A stretch of DNA of 64,000 bases from Lophium mytilinum (taxonomy: Eukaryota), in the NCBI GenBank assembly GCA_010093605.1, contig MU004183.1, positions 558,001 to 622,000 on the forward strand, written 5' to 3'. Under the pieces are notes generated by a model. That model made no database searches, was not told the origin of the DNA, and worked only from the letters and a program-made list of their open reading frames with translations. Shown piece after piece: positions 24,167 through 36,528 of the stretch. The stretch's first letter is position 1; each line of letters begins with the position of its first letter. The position numbers and the translations under genes are program-made.

Positions 24167-25457
24167 CTATTTCATCATCGTAACATGTTTCGCCGCAACC
24201 GGATTCACTAGGAGACTTAGTAAGTCCGGCCTTGCATAGTGTCCTACCGTATCAATGAAGGTCTTCGCGTAATCGATATCGCGAAGGTTGACATCTGCAA
24301 TCAATACACCCTCCTCCCCAGGGTCTAGCGGCTCACATAACGGCTTCCCATCTGGACCAAAGATCATCGAGAAGCCACCTCCAGGCTAGACACACCATTA
24401 GCCATTTCGCAAGCCAAACCTGGAACCGTGACTTACCGTCTTCGTGACCGGATTACCAGTCAAATTGTTCTTCTCCAAATTCTCTTCTGTCAATATCTGC
24501 GTAGCCACCAAGACGAACGTCTGGCCCTCAATAGCCATGAACTGGCTCGCTCGATAGCTCGCTTCACCAGTTTCGTGGTACTGCCACGCTAGCTTCTTCG
24601 GGTCTGGCATCTCGAACTCTGGAGGCCAGCTCGCGACGTGGATTTGGACGCCCTGGGAGTACTCATAATACCGTAGAAGCCTGTTTGACGATATCAGCTT
24701 TCTTCCTACGGAGTAGCCCATGTCAAGCACTCACGGCTGCAAATGCTCCCAACAGTTCAGGCCCCCGATCCGCCCAAACTTCGACGGAACAACGCAAGTC
24801 AGCGAGTCAGCTTGCCCATCGCCCCACAGCGTTCGCTCAACATGCGTGGGCTTGATCTTTCTCCGATGGTGTACGATTTCGCCCTCTGGCGAGATGAAGG
24901 ACTGTGCCATGTACAAACTAGCGCCGTCACGCTCGCTATAGCCCAGCACCACGAACATGCCCGCCTCTTTCACTGCGGATTGGATGCGCCGCATTTGGGG
25001 CGAGTCGCGGGCCATGGAGTTGGCCATGTATTCGTGGATCATGGGAACATTGCCTATGTTTCACTCGCTTTAGCTGCCATACCTCCCGCCAGACTGCTTG
25101 GATGTTTGAACCAGCCCTACCAATAACAGACGTTGTCCAAATACCCCTACTTCCCCCATTTGGGATCAGCTTTGCTCAAAAAGGAATATTATGGCGCACG
25201 AACCACGGATACCCAGGGATCCACACTTCAGGGAAACCGAGCACTTGCACGCCGTCATTCGCGCTCTGCTGGATCAGCGATATCGTTTTGTCGACGCTGC
25301 CCTCGAGGTTCAGCCAGACTGGCTCGGCTTGCACGGCTGCTACGCGGACTTGCATGCTCGGCTTAGGAGATTCGGATGCGGAAGTTATCAATGAGAACGA
25401 CGACGAGGAGGAGATGGGACTGTGTGCTTGGGAATTGGGAAGCTCTTGCGCTGACAT
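24167..25457 (-). CDS. Nitrilase (carbon-nitrogen hydrolase)
   Basis: [10 protein letters not shown]; catalytic E ([10 protein letters not shown]), K ([11 protein letters not shown]) and C (LNCWEH); terminal GHYARPD; multi-exon. Start is 25457 or the downstream ATG at 25355. Confidence 0.93.
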
Positions 25458-27523
25458 GGTTGCAAGAGGGCGGTTGGGTGCTTATTTTCAACCACTCTTT
25501 ATGCGGTGCCATTTGAGCTTGCGCGGTAGCCCTTTCGACATGGTAGGCTGAGATCGCGGAGTACTACCCCCTTGCTCACGAACGCGGGGTCGGACTGCCT
25601 ACATAGGAAGTGTAGATGGAGCGGTGGTGATCTGGGATGGCGTAGTCTGATTGGTGCGATCGCAAACTGCTTCCTTCGGTACTTTAGCGGCGTCATTCTT
25701 CTGTGTAATGGGATAAGTAATAACAGCGTTTTCAAAAGTAATGCTTTACCTTCGGCCAATCTCATGATTTGTGTTTAAGATCCTGATAGGTTTGGTACTT
25801 GCAATTCCGTACAAGTGGTTAAGGAAGGCCTGGGTGCCTCGGATGGATGTCCTCGCGTGGGACTGCTGCATATGGATTCAAGTATATTTCAGAACCACGT
25901 GCTACTATCTGATCATCGAACCTAAGTAATGTAGCGGTTAGTGCTGGACCTTTAACTTTGCTTAGTGTTAGTGCGAGTATCACGAGGTATGTAAGCGGTA
26001 AGGCGCAGCCCAGTAGCTATAAAAGCTTTCGCGTAACCACCAAGAAACGAAAGTCAGAGACAGAACAAAAACGCGATTTGTCGTGGAAATCGTGGACAGG
26101 AATACACCATGTGAGGCGATTGCGGGCCGGCGTGCTGTTGAAAGTGCCCAAGCGGAGCGACAATGAATCGTGGACCGGGCGAGCGAGAGCTGGTGAAGAA
26201 GATCATCGTTTCGGGCCAGAGTTGTAATAAGGATTGCTACTAAACTGAAGTAAGTATCTTCATCACTACCTGTGCGTAGGTTATAGCGTCGTAGGTAGTT
26301 ATAGAATGTGGTCACACCGCCCTACGCGTGAAGAAAACACAATCGATTCAGAAGTACAAATACTGTTGATTGCAGGCCGTAGCGTCTGATATTAGGTGGA
26401 AAGCTAGCTAATATACAGGAACGGACCCAAGTTTGCTACCATGATTGCTTGCTTTGGTGATTGTCCTAATCCAACAAATACAAATTTGGAGAAGGGCCCC
26501 GTCCGCCGCCCAACCCGATCGTTCCCAACGCTTGAAGCGGAACGTCTCATACATACTACGAAACAAAGAGGCGAGAAGCCTACGAGAGACAAAAGAGAAA
26601 TCTTCTTCAAGAGTGGGAGGTCCCGCACACGCAGAAAATCAAGAAAACCACCAAAGCAACGCAGCTCTAGATCAGATTTGGAACTGACACCGTCCACGCA
26701 CAGCCCTGTCCTCCCCAACCATGTGTGCTGTCGAGAGTGAAGAAGATTGGTGGAGGTTTGAAGCTGCGGGCTGGCGGCGTTTAAGTAGTCGAGGGCTCTT
26801 GAGGGTCTTGGCGCACATGTGATTCACGTGACGATGGATAGGTTCTGGGACGTCTTTTGGGGGTGCTCGTTCAATAGACACTACGTAGAGCGGTCTGGAA
26901 TAATGACAACCAATTCGTAAGAACTTGCAGAATCTCTGATCGAACGCTTGGAAGCATTGAGTATATTGCGAATATGGCTAGTGACATAGTGGAGCATCAT
27001 GAGTAGTGATAGATGATGAGTTGATGAGAACATAAAACCTGCAGACTTCCTGTCCGTCGTTCGCGTATACATTGAAGCCACGGGTAAGTGACGAGGAAGT
27101 GTCCGCAGTTTGATTTATGAGGAAAGGAACGGCGGACAGCCTTGTTTTGGCTCTCTGAAAGCATTCGTTGCACACATGGAAACAGATTGCCCAGGGGTAG
27201 ACGAGGAAGCGGATTGTTCTGTATAGCCAGAAGGGTAGGCTCCTAGGTGGTTGGGAAAGAGGAGAGATGTCGGTTCCCGTTGATATTTAGCGGCAGCCAC
27301 AGCGGAGACGCCCCTGTCAGAGATCGGGAGATCGGCGTTCAATTAAGGGTCATTTGGGAGCGTAAGCTATTCCGGTAACTAGGTAGGTATCCCAAACCCT
27401 CACCACGACCAGCAATTCACTGCTAGGGCAGGCCGTCACTTTTTCCCGTGACGCTCCCAGAGAACCCCGCCGCTCGTTCTGCACACTGCGAGCCATGTAG
27501 CCGGTGATTTCTCCCTCACCACC

Positions 27524-29407
27524 ATGGACAGCATCGCCGTCAAGCCGCCCTCGGGCGCCGCGCTGGCCTCGCCCAAGGTCACCAAGAACGCAAAGACTGC
27601 CGCCGTCACCTTGAACAGCATGGAGTCCAGCGTCGCCTTTGGATGTGGTAAGCCCCCTACACGGAAATATCCCATTACTCGCCCCCAATACTAACATAGC
27701 ATCGCAGAGCACGTCCGGGAGCTCTTCGAAGAGGCCAAGAAGCCCGCCATCAGAAATTATATCCAGATCCTCCAGGCAATTCACGACAAGCCGAGTATAA
27801 TAGCGCAAACCCATAGATCTACTGCCAACGGCGACGGCCGGTCCGTTGTTTCCCTTCGCCCACTCTATCTGTGTCTCCAGTGTCCGGACGTGATGACCGA
27901 GGAAGTTCGGGATGGCCATGTTGAGGTCAAGGGGCATGGCTTCTGTATGGACACACGATCGAGCTTGTCTGGAATACACGGCTAACAGTGGGCTAGCTGT
28001 GGAATCTCGAGAAGGATATCTTTATTGCCACCCATGCGCCGACTACGTCTATGACCCGGCTCTTGAAACGCTCCGACTACAGAAAGGTATGTATTTACAC
28101 ATTGCTCTTGGGAGTACCTACATTGAAGCCGTATCTGACGCTCCTACAGGGAAGAAGCGGAAACACGAAGAGATGAACAGCCCAGACAACTCTCAGCTCA
28201 TTCGCCACAACTCTACCTTCGTCCCTTGCCGCGCCATCGGGTTGCGGGGTCTCTACAACATGGGTCAGACCTGTTTCATGAGCGTCATCCTACAAACACT
28301 TTTACATAATCCATTTGTCCGAAATTTCTATCTCGCTGAGGGTCACAAGCCAGCCGACTGTGAAAAGGAGGCCTGCGTGAGCTGCGCTATGGACGAGATA
28401 ATCATCGAGTTCCACTCAGTGGAGAAGACAGAGGGATACGGAGCTGTTAGTATGCTGCTGGGGAGCTGGATGGCTGCACAGGTACATACTCCAAGGGTGA
28501 CGAGATGCGTCAAATAATTGTACTAACTTAACGCAGGCCCTTGCAGGCTATCAGCAACAAGACGCACACGAATACATGCAATTCATCCTAAATACGCTCC
28601 ACCTTGAAAATGGCGGCTCCACGGACTCCCATGGGTCTGACTGCGCTTGCATCATCCACCAAACTTTTGCGGGCATGCTGCAGAGTACCGTCACATGCGA
28701 CAAATGCCGCAACGTCACAACAGCACTAGATCCCGTCATGGACCTTAGTCTCGACTTACGTAGCCAGGCAAAGAAGCGAAAACTACAACAGAACGGCGAC
28801 GGGGGCGAAAAGGACTTTGCCATCGATATCCGGGACTGTCTCGATAGGTTCACAGGGAGGGAGAGGCTGGCGGCGGCCGAATATACATGCGGGAATTGCG
28901 GTGGTGAACAGCAGAATGCAACGAAGCAGCTCAGTATAAAGCGACTACCGCCAGTTCTCCCAATACACCTAAAGGTACGAATGGGGAAAGAGCTTGGAGT
29001 AGCAGACTAGCTAACACGTATTTTTATAGCGCTTCGAACATTCCAAGTCCTCATCCTCGAAACTCGAAACCAAAATCAAATTCCCGCTCACGTTAGACAT
29101 GTATCCGTACACGACGCATTGCAAGACTACCGCTCCGACCACAAAAGCATCCTTAAAAAATCCCTCGCTATCGAAACCCAATTCCAACCAAAATATCAAC
29201 TCTCCATATCCCTCCCTATACTATGAGCTCTCCTCAGTTGTTGTTCACAAGGGAAAAATCGACTCCGGGCACTACGTTTCTTACTCCCGGGAAGGGAACG
29301 ATTGGTTCCTCTTCGACGATTCCAAAGTCGTACTAGTTCCAGAAAGCGAAGTCTTGGCCGCGAATGCATACCTCCTCTTCTACATGGTTGGGGCGTTGGA
29401 AGTATGA
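27524..29407 (+). CDS. UBP8: SAGA deubiquitinase Ubp8/USP22
   Basis: ZnF-UBP remnants (CLQC, YLYCHPCADYVYD), Cys box GLYNMGQTCFM, QQDAHE, His box HKGKIDSGHY..WFLFDDS; ATG 27524. Confidence 0.9.
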
Positions 29408-30191
29408 GGCCCCTAATTTCTGCACGTAAAAGCCAGAGGAGTGAGTTTGCGCTTGTATACTGTCCCTTGGCGTTTCGGTTCATTTGCCCAATTGGATGTG
29501 GGCGGGCATTTCCTCGGAGTTGGGTCTTGTAAGATTGTCGATTCTTAGCTTCAAAACTCACTGAGGTGTGAGTTTTTCACATTTCTTCTGCTTCGTATCA
29601 CTTCGCACATGTCTTTATTTGGTGGCATTTCTGGCGGCATTTGCACACATATCTTGATTCTTTCTCCCATTTTTGTTGACGTTGGTGTTGCTGGAATTGG
29701 ATGTGCTGGGTACGGCGCATGATCACTGGGGAATTCGTCTGGCTTCAGTTGCTGCATCATGGCGAAAGTATACTGGTGGTTGCATTGTATAATTGCTGAG
29801 GGGACAGACAAATACGATCTACCTACGCATATGAACGAGACTTCATGTTTTAACTGCAAACCGACAGAGTATGTTTCCTCTTAAACCTGGTATGTAACAC
29901 CGAAGCACATTTGTTCCGCCTTGATCGCGTTGCAAGCACTTCGATGGGGAGGAGGGATTGCTGCCTCCATACAAAGACGGCGTGGGCATCTGCAAAGTCA
30001 AGCCCCGTCGATACTCGTCAGTAAAGCGAGTAAGTCATCGTCTATAAGACTCATATCGAATGGCTACAACTCCGGCAGGTATAACGTAATGTACCCTCGC
30101 GTCAAGATTAGAATTTGAAACTGACAGTCTCAACAGTATTATGACACATCTTGCCACACTCCTTTCTTTCACTTCAGACGATCGACCGAGA

Positions 30192-31059
30192 TCACCTCCC
30201 GGGCATCTCCAACGCCCTTTCATGATCGTCAATCTCAGCTAATGGAGGCTGCGGTGTCTGTTGGTACATATACGCGTCATGCTGAGCCGGTCTTGTGGCC
30301 GTGCCGGCAGTCTGTCCCATAAGACGCTTCCCTCTCCGTCGTTCCCACAAAGCCCACCCTATCGCAGAAAGGAGCAAGACGCCGAGTGTGACACCCAGAG
30401 CTGCTGCAACGGTCGTTGTCGAGGTGGAGCCGTAATGCCTGGATGCAGGCGTCCCCAATGAAGAGGCAGACGGTTGATTAGTAGCAGAACGACGCCGGTG
30501 TCGAGGACAGCGAGCTGAAAGCCTGGCTCTTGGTGAAGTTTCCCGTGATATTGACTTGCAAGATCGGAGCGACGGCGTCGATGAAAACGAGCGAGGAATT
30601 GTCGCAGCCAGGATTGCCGCCGCAGACGAAGTTATCGCTTGGTGCTCCGCAGTTTGAGAGCCATTGAACGCCGTCTTGGAGGCCTGGGGTCCAGCGCAAG
30701 AAGTCAGCCTCCTGTCCTTAGTTCGAAAGAAAGACAGGGTTCGCAGCGTACATACCTGCGTTAGGCCCGTGGTTATCTTGCGTGCAAAGCAGTGGACAGG
30801 AGTCGCCCCAATTCCTGTCCGTACACGCGCCGCGATAAATCGATCCCAGACCGCTGTAGCAGAGGCCGCTCACAGTGCATGCTTCGCCAACGGCACAACA
30901 GGCGCTTACGGGAGCAGACGGGTCGCAGGGCACGAATTTGGTTGGTTGGTCGTCGCCAGTGGTGAAATTGTTGGGAAAGAAGCAGACTGAGGCATTTGCC
31001 ATTGCACTTGGGTAAAGGCAGTTGGAGAAGAATTTACGATTCACCAGAGGGTAGGACAT
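30192..31059 (-). CDS. Cys-rich ectodomain / Ser-Thr stalk / single-TM membrane protein with an apparent +1 frameshift near 30489 (possible pseudogene)
   Basis: Exon 1 CFFP..PC..SACC..C..GLC..YRGACTDRNW..CP..C; intron about 30684-30755; exon 2 is Cys-containing and stops at 30478. The stalk, TM (AALGVTLGVLLLSAIGWALW) and basic stop-transfer lie in the adjacent frame. Confidence 0.65.
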
Positions 31060-34050
31060 GGATATACGTGGGGCTAGACTTCATTTTAACGTTTACTCTT
31101 GATGAGTCCCATCTTTAGGTTTAGGATGAGCGAGCTGTGGCTATGAGCTTGCTAGCTTGAGAGTGTGGGGGCGAGAATGAGCCTGGGAACTTCGCGAACC
31201 GCTTAATTGCTTCAATGATGGGTGTCAGTTGAAGCGGAACATAGCGTAGATAGCGTCCGCCTATATCTGCATCGTTAGGAGGGGTGGTGGCGTTTCTGAT
31301 CAGAGAAACCTTCGCCGCTCTGCCGCTGGTACTCGCATAACATGGTAACATCGTGCATCAGGGTAACAGGGAAAGTTTCTTTTGTGTTCAATAGCGAGCA
31401 ACATTCAGACTTCTAAAAGAGAACTTAGTCCAGCATAATAAGAAAGTAGTCGTGATATCGCTTTTCGAATCAGGCAACCAACTACAGCATAACACAACCC
31501 CGGCTTCTACGCCACATACGTCTACACATCGCCGTCAGTGAAAGTCGGGCCGAAGAGGCCATTCCGATGCCGCATCTTAGATATAGAAGCAAGAAAACTA
31601 ATCGCCTTTTCGAGATCAAGCTATGCATCATACGGTCTCCTCATTATCTGCTCCAGGTTCCTGTTCTATCATCTCAGCCCTTTTTTATTCGTTCTAAAAA
31701 GGGAATACCTACTCTCTTCGTCACATGTTCAGATCAGTATCCCTCTAAACAACGTCTATCGCTGCATGATAGCAGGGGTAATACTCAATCTTATGATACT
31801 GCCATTGGTTCTACCTAGCGCCCACTACTTCCTCGTCTGTCGAGCTTTTGTAACCTACTAGTGACTTTACAGATTTAGTGGCACTAGATGTTGCTCAAGC
31901 ACTCCCTCGTCTAGGTGGCTTGTCTCTAACAGCGCCGGGATGTCAGGTGCTTAGCTAAACCTCGCGACCAGACTAGAGGCTGTGGAGTATAAAGTCTCTT
32001 CTTTTCGATGGAACTTTGTTCTCCCTACAGATGTGTTAGTAGCGCCACAGCGCGGAAGGCATGCAAAAATTACTAAGAACAGCAAAATGGGTCCGGAGGG
32101 GGGGGAAGGCAAAATGTACACTCTCGACCACTCATGGGCGAGAATTCAGGGCAATGTGGCAAGGTAATGATGCCTGCCATCTATTTGGCTAAATGCTGGT
32201 CTTCTTTTTCCGTTCAAGCTTTTTGCAGTGAGCATCAGGTGTGAGGTGTGATCGGATGCTTCATTCCGAAGGTAATCATCACCATCAAATCGTGCAAAGC
32301 TTCCACGATCCATCCCAATGCAAGCTTTCGTGTTATGATTGACACAAATCCCGCATCAGCCAACTTTTCCTCTCCCCGTGTTCTCTCAAACACAACTACA
32401 CATGAGTGGGTAGGTTGTGTCGTGTTTGCTCCGTCACTCAACTACTGGAATGGTTTTCCAGCATGACTCTATCGAACCTCGCCTTTGAAGCATCAAGACG
32501 CGAGTATCGAAGCATAGCCCGTTACCTCACCCCCAGTTTCCACAGGAGAGTCCCAATGCCGCCATGTTCGGAGCCTGATTGGGGTGTTGAAATTCTCTGT
32601 CCCAACTTCCTTGGCCCAGCAATCTAGAGTAGAGAGTGAACCTTATACAAGGAGAAAGATGATAAGAGCCTGGACAACCTCGTAAGAGATCACGTGTAAA
32701 AGCTAGTAATCAGGCGCTTTCAAAGGGATGAGTGGGGTTGAGAACTGTAGCAGAAGGAGGCATGTGGGAGTTCCCTGGGCATGGTAATCAGACGCGTGAC
32801 GGACCTCGAGTCTAGTGTCAGATCTTCTGCTCGCTCGTATTTACCACGACTTGTTGAGACTGAGAGTGGGCATGTGAGTGCGAATGCAAATCACGTGCCC
32901 CTTACCTAATCTCCCTTCTCTCTACTATAGAAACTCATCCGCATTCCAACTCTAGCATTTTTAAACGAAGAGTCAAGAGGAGAAAATTTGGAGAGATCAG
33001 AGCCTGGACTGACACCGCTGCCCCAACGTGGATGCCTTCCTAGGGAAACCAAACACAGACATGACACAGCCGCATAGAGTAGATGCCTTTTCCGAGTAGA
33101 CCTGACACCACTGCAAAAAGTGGATGCCTGTCTTGTTGGGTCAAGATATGCTATACTGGGATCCTTTTCTTTAAGTTCTGTGGATGTTGCGATTGGCTGT
33201 GTGCAAAAATGCAGAGAAACGGGCCAATGAAGAAGAAGTGACCAAATGGTCCCGAAAATGGCGGGACTTCGGCGGTACAGTTTGAGGACACCTCAAAACT
33301 GCCATAGGGTGGAAGTGGAGATGCACCACTGCAAGCTGCTGGTGAGCACTTTCAAAGATTAGTCATACTCACCATCATTTCGCTACTGAGATAGGGGTGA
33401 ACATACAGCGAAGAGCTTAAGCGTTATTAGACCTGATAGATCACGAGCATCTCCAAAGCCTTCTTTGCGCTACAAGTCGCCAACTCCTCGATCATGAGGG
33501 AACCTAATTGCGCGTCCTGGCCTGTGACTTCTCTTGACTAAGCCTGTTGATTTTGCAAGCTGCGCGCTCATAGACGTGATTGGGCGCTGCCTCTGAATTC
33601 GGTAAACGATACCCATCCCATTCACGGCTCCATCCGACCTTCCCCGGAATTCGTACCTGGTAAGCGGTATGCACCCCAGACTCGCTTACAAAACCCTTGT
33701 TTAAGCATCTGCAAGTGAGGAGCTGGGCGTCTGTCAGTGAGTAGCTGGCAACCCAAATCTTTCTTTGGCTAGCGGTTCACTATCGATGCCATTGTTTGGA
33801 TCAAGAAATCGACACCATTCCGCCATCCAATATAGTTCCTCCCGATCCCCGCACCCTGGGAAACCCCTTCCAGTGCGGTGACATCTATTGGATATCCAAC
33901 TCCATCTCGCGTTTGGGGTCCCGGAGGAGTATTGAGGCTTGAGAACGCATTCTTAGGGAATAGGTTTACCGGTGAGAGATAGCCTATATGAAGCAACGAT
34001 TCAGGCCTACAAGCACAGGAACCAGAAATCATCATCCATACATCTTGACC

Positions 34051-36193
34051 ATGGCCGAGAAACAACATATTGAGACGATCGAAAATGCTTCTTCAAACCC
34101 CAACTCCTCTAATGAAGCGGTAGAAAAAGGACTTGCCGTCAATACCAACCAGGCTTACCTGCCCAACGAAGCCAGAGATGAAGACGTCGTAACGCTTAAG
34201 ACATGGGTTGTCGTGGCCGTGAGTGGCACCCTGCTCTCCGCTGATGTCTCGTATCTGACCATTTTCAGATCCTATCGGCCTCATACGGTCTCAGCTTCTG
34301 GATGATCCCTACGCTCGCCTCAATCCAAGCTCAAGTCTCGACGCAGCTGGGAAATCCAGGTAATGCGGCATGGTGGACAACTGTGTAAGCGCCTACTTTC
34401 TTTTCGAAGCAACGAGGAGCTCACCCACGAGTAGATATACCATGTGTACAGCTATCTCGTTCATGTTGTTCGGCGGATACTCAGATTTGTTCGGCCGGCG
34501 CTGGTTCATCATTAGCGGCAACATTTCTGTGTTCGTAGGGTACATCCTCATCGGCTCAGCCAAAAGCACCCAGGCGATCATTGCTGGTTCTACCTGTATA
34601 GGCATGGGCGCTGGATTGTGTCAGCTCGCTGCTTTTGCCTTACCAGAGCTGCTGCCAAATCGCCTCCGCCATATCGGTGTCCTCATAGCCGGTAAGTAAC
34701 ACGACCTGCCTCCATAGTCTTAGATCCCATCCTGACTACGTACAGATCTTAGCACTTGGGTTGCGGTCCTCTTTGGCCCCATTGTTGGCCGTTATGCCAT
34801 CCGCCACGGTCAAGCTTGGAGATGGCTATTCTACGCCCCGGCGATCGCTTGTTGCATCTCTTTCGTACTACTGGTCTGGCTATACAAGCCGCCACAGCAT
34901 CCCCGAGGTATTCCGTTCAAGCAGGCACTTCGCGAACTTGACTATGGTGGCGGTGTACTCTTCACCGCTGGCGCAGTACTCGTCTTCACTGGTGTGATCT
35001 ACACTCAGATCGTAACATCGAGTGATCCTAAAGTCATCGGATTGCTGGTCGCCGGTTTCGCGCTTATCGTGATATTCGCCTTGTATGAGACATTTGTGCC
35101 GCTAAAGCAGCCAATGACGCCGCCAGAGATCTTTGCGAAGGACTACGGGCGAGAATTGTGAGTTCCTATCAAGGGCCTCTGAAAGGAGTTGAAATGCTTA
35201 CATGTAGACTAGCACATTCCCTTTCATTGCCGGCATCATCGTGAACATGTTCTTCTACTCCGTCAACATCGCCTACCCAACAGCTGTAAGCTCTGACATC
35301 CTTTGCTTCCGTGCTTCTGTTGCTTTCACTCGCTAAGTTTCTCCAGATCAACGTCCTCTGGACGAATGCTTCGACCCCTCTCTCCTACTCTCTTGAGATT
35401 ACCTTGCCGCAAAACCTTGGACTCATCTTCGGCTCGGTCCTCCTATGGATCTTTGGAATTCGAATTGGCCATTGGAAATACCAGTTTATTGGGTCTTTTT
35501 TCATCATGACCCTCTTCGGCGGACTGCTCGCACTCATGAAACCAGACAACAAGGCCATGATCATGGTCTTCGTGTTCATCTGCGAGGGGGCGTATGGGTG
35601 GGCGCAGACGCTGAGTATTACGTTCATCCAGATGGGAGTGCCACAAACACAGCTGGGGATTTCTGGAGCATTGGCGTAAGTCTTGCCGTCTTATCATACT
35701 TTGTGGAATCACTGACAGTAAGATAGAGGTGTTGCCCGCTGGACTGGCGGCGCATTGTCCCAGTCCATCTATCTCACAATCATGTCGCACGTTCAAGCAT
35801 CACACGCGGCGTCTCTCGTTCCGAAGGCAGCTATCGCGGCCGGTGCTACCCCTTCCACAGCTCAAGCACTATTGGCCGCAATACCGCTCGGTGCGGCAGC
35901 CATCGAAAAAGTGCCTGGAATTACGACAGCGATTGTCGAGGCGGCGGGCGCGGCGTTCGTGCAAAGCTACGTTGTAGGACTAAGGTATGAGACTCCTCCT
36001 TCCTTTGCTATTTTTGAGAAAGGGACACGAAATCTGACCCTGACGCAGGACGATATGTCTCGCGTCGATCGCGTTCGGTGTAGTAGGCATCGTCTGCTGC
36101 TGCCTATCGAACGACATTGGACCAAAAATGAACGACAAGATCGAGGTCTTTTTGGAGAATGATGTACAGGCGGACAAGAACCGCTTCCACTGA
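34051..36193 (+). CDS. MFS transporter, Tri12-like (14-TM efflux type)
   Basis: Multi-exon hydrophobic protein with SDLFGRRWF, ELLPNRLR, WRWLFY, YKPPQHP and LDYGG motifs; ends IEVFLENDVQADKNRFH*. Confidence 0.88.
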
Positions 36194-36416
36194 GTTCTAC
36201 ATCTTGTTAGGAAAAACGTTGCTCTGCGTGGGTAGTTAGCTTATTCAAATGAAGATGATTAAAATTAACGTCATTGATCTTTTCCATCTCCAAACTAAAC
36301 GAATGGTCGTGTTAGCCTGTTCCTCGGGTCCTTTCCCCAAACCCACCTATTCACAAGCTCCATCGTAGCTAGCTGTTGAGACCTCGGTTAGAATATATGC
36401 AATCCATTCGCATTGG

Positions 36417-36424
36417 TATGTACA
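36417..36424 (-). promoter_or_regulatory. Candidate Puf3 element (UGUACAUA) in the NDUFA9 3' UTR
   Basis: TGTACATA on the sense strand about 105 nt after the stop matches UGUAHAUA. Complex I mRNAs are known Puf3 targets in Pezizomycotina. Confidence 0.45.
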
Positions 36425-36528
36425 ATCCCATCGATACACAGGCTAACCCCGCCGCTCCTCTTTGGTAGTCTTTTACGCAAAGGGATATTTGATCTGATAG
36501 AGGAATGAAATTGAAGACTACAAGGAAA

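Noticed and set aside
25958..27342. Short ORFs between nitrilase and UBP8 (e.g. 26441-26740)
   Set aside because: No recognisable motifs or splice-supported structure.
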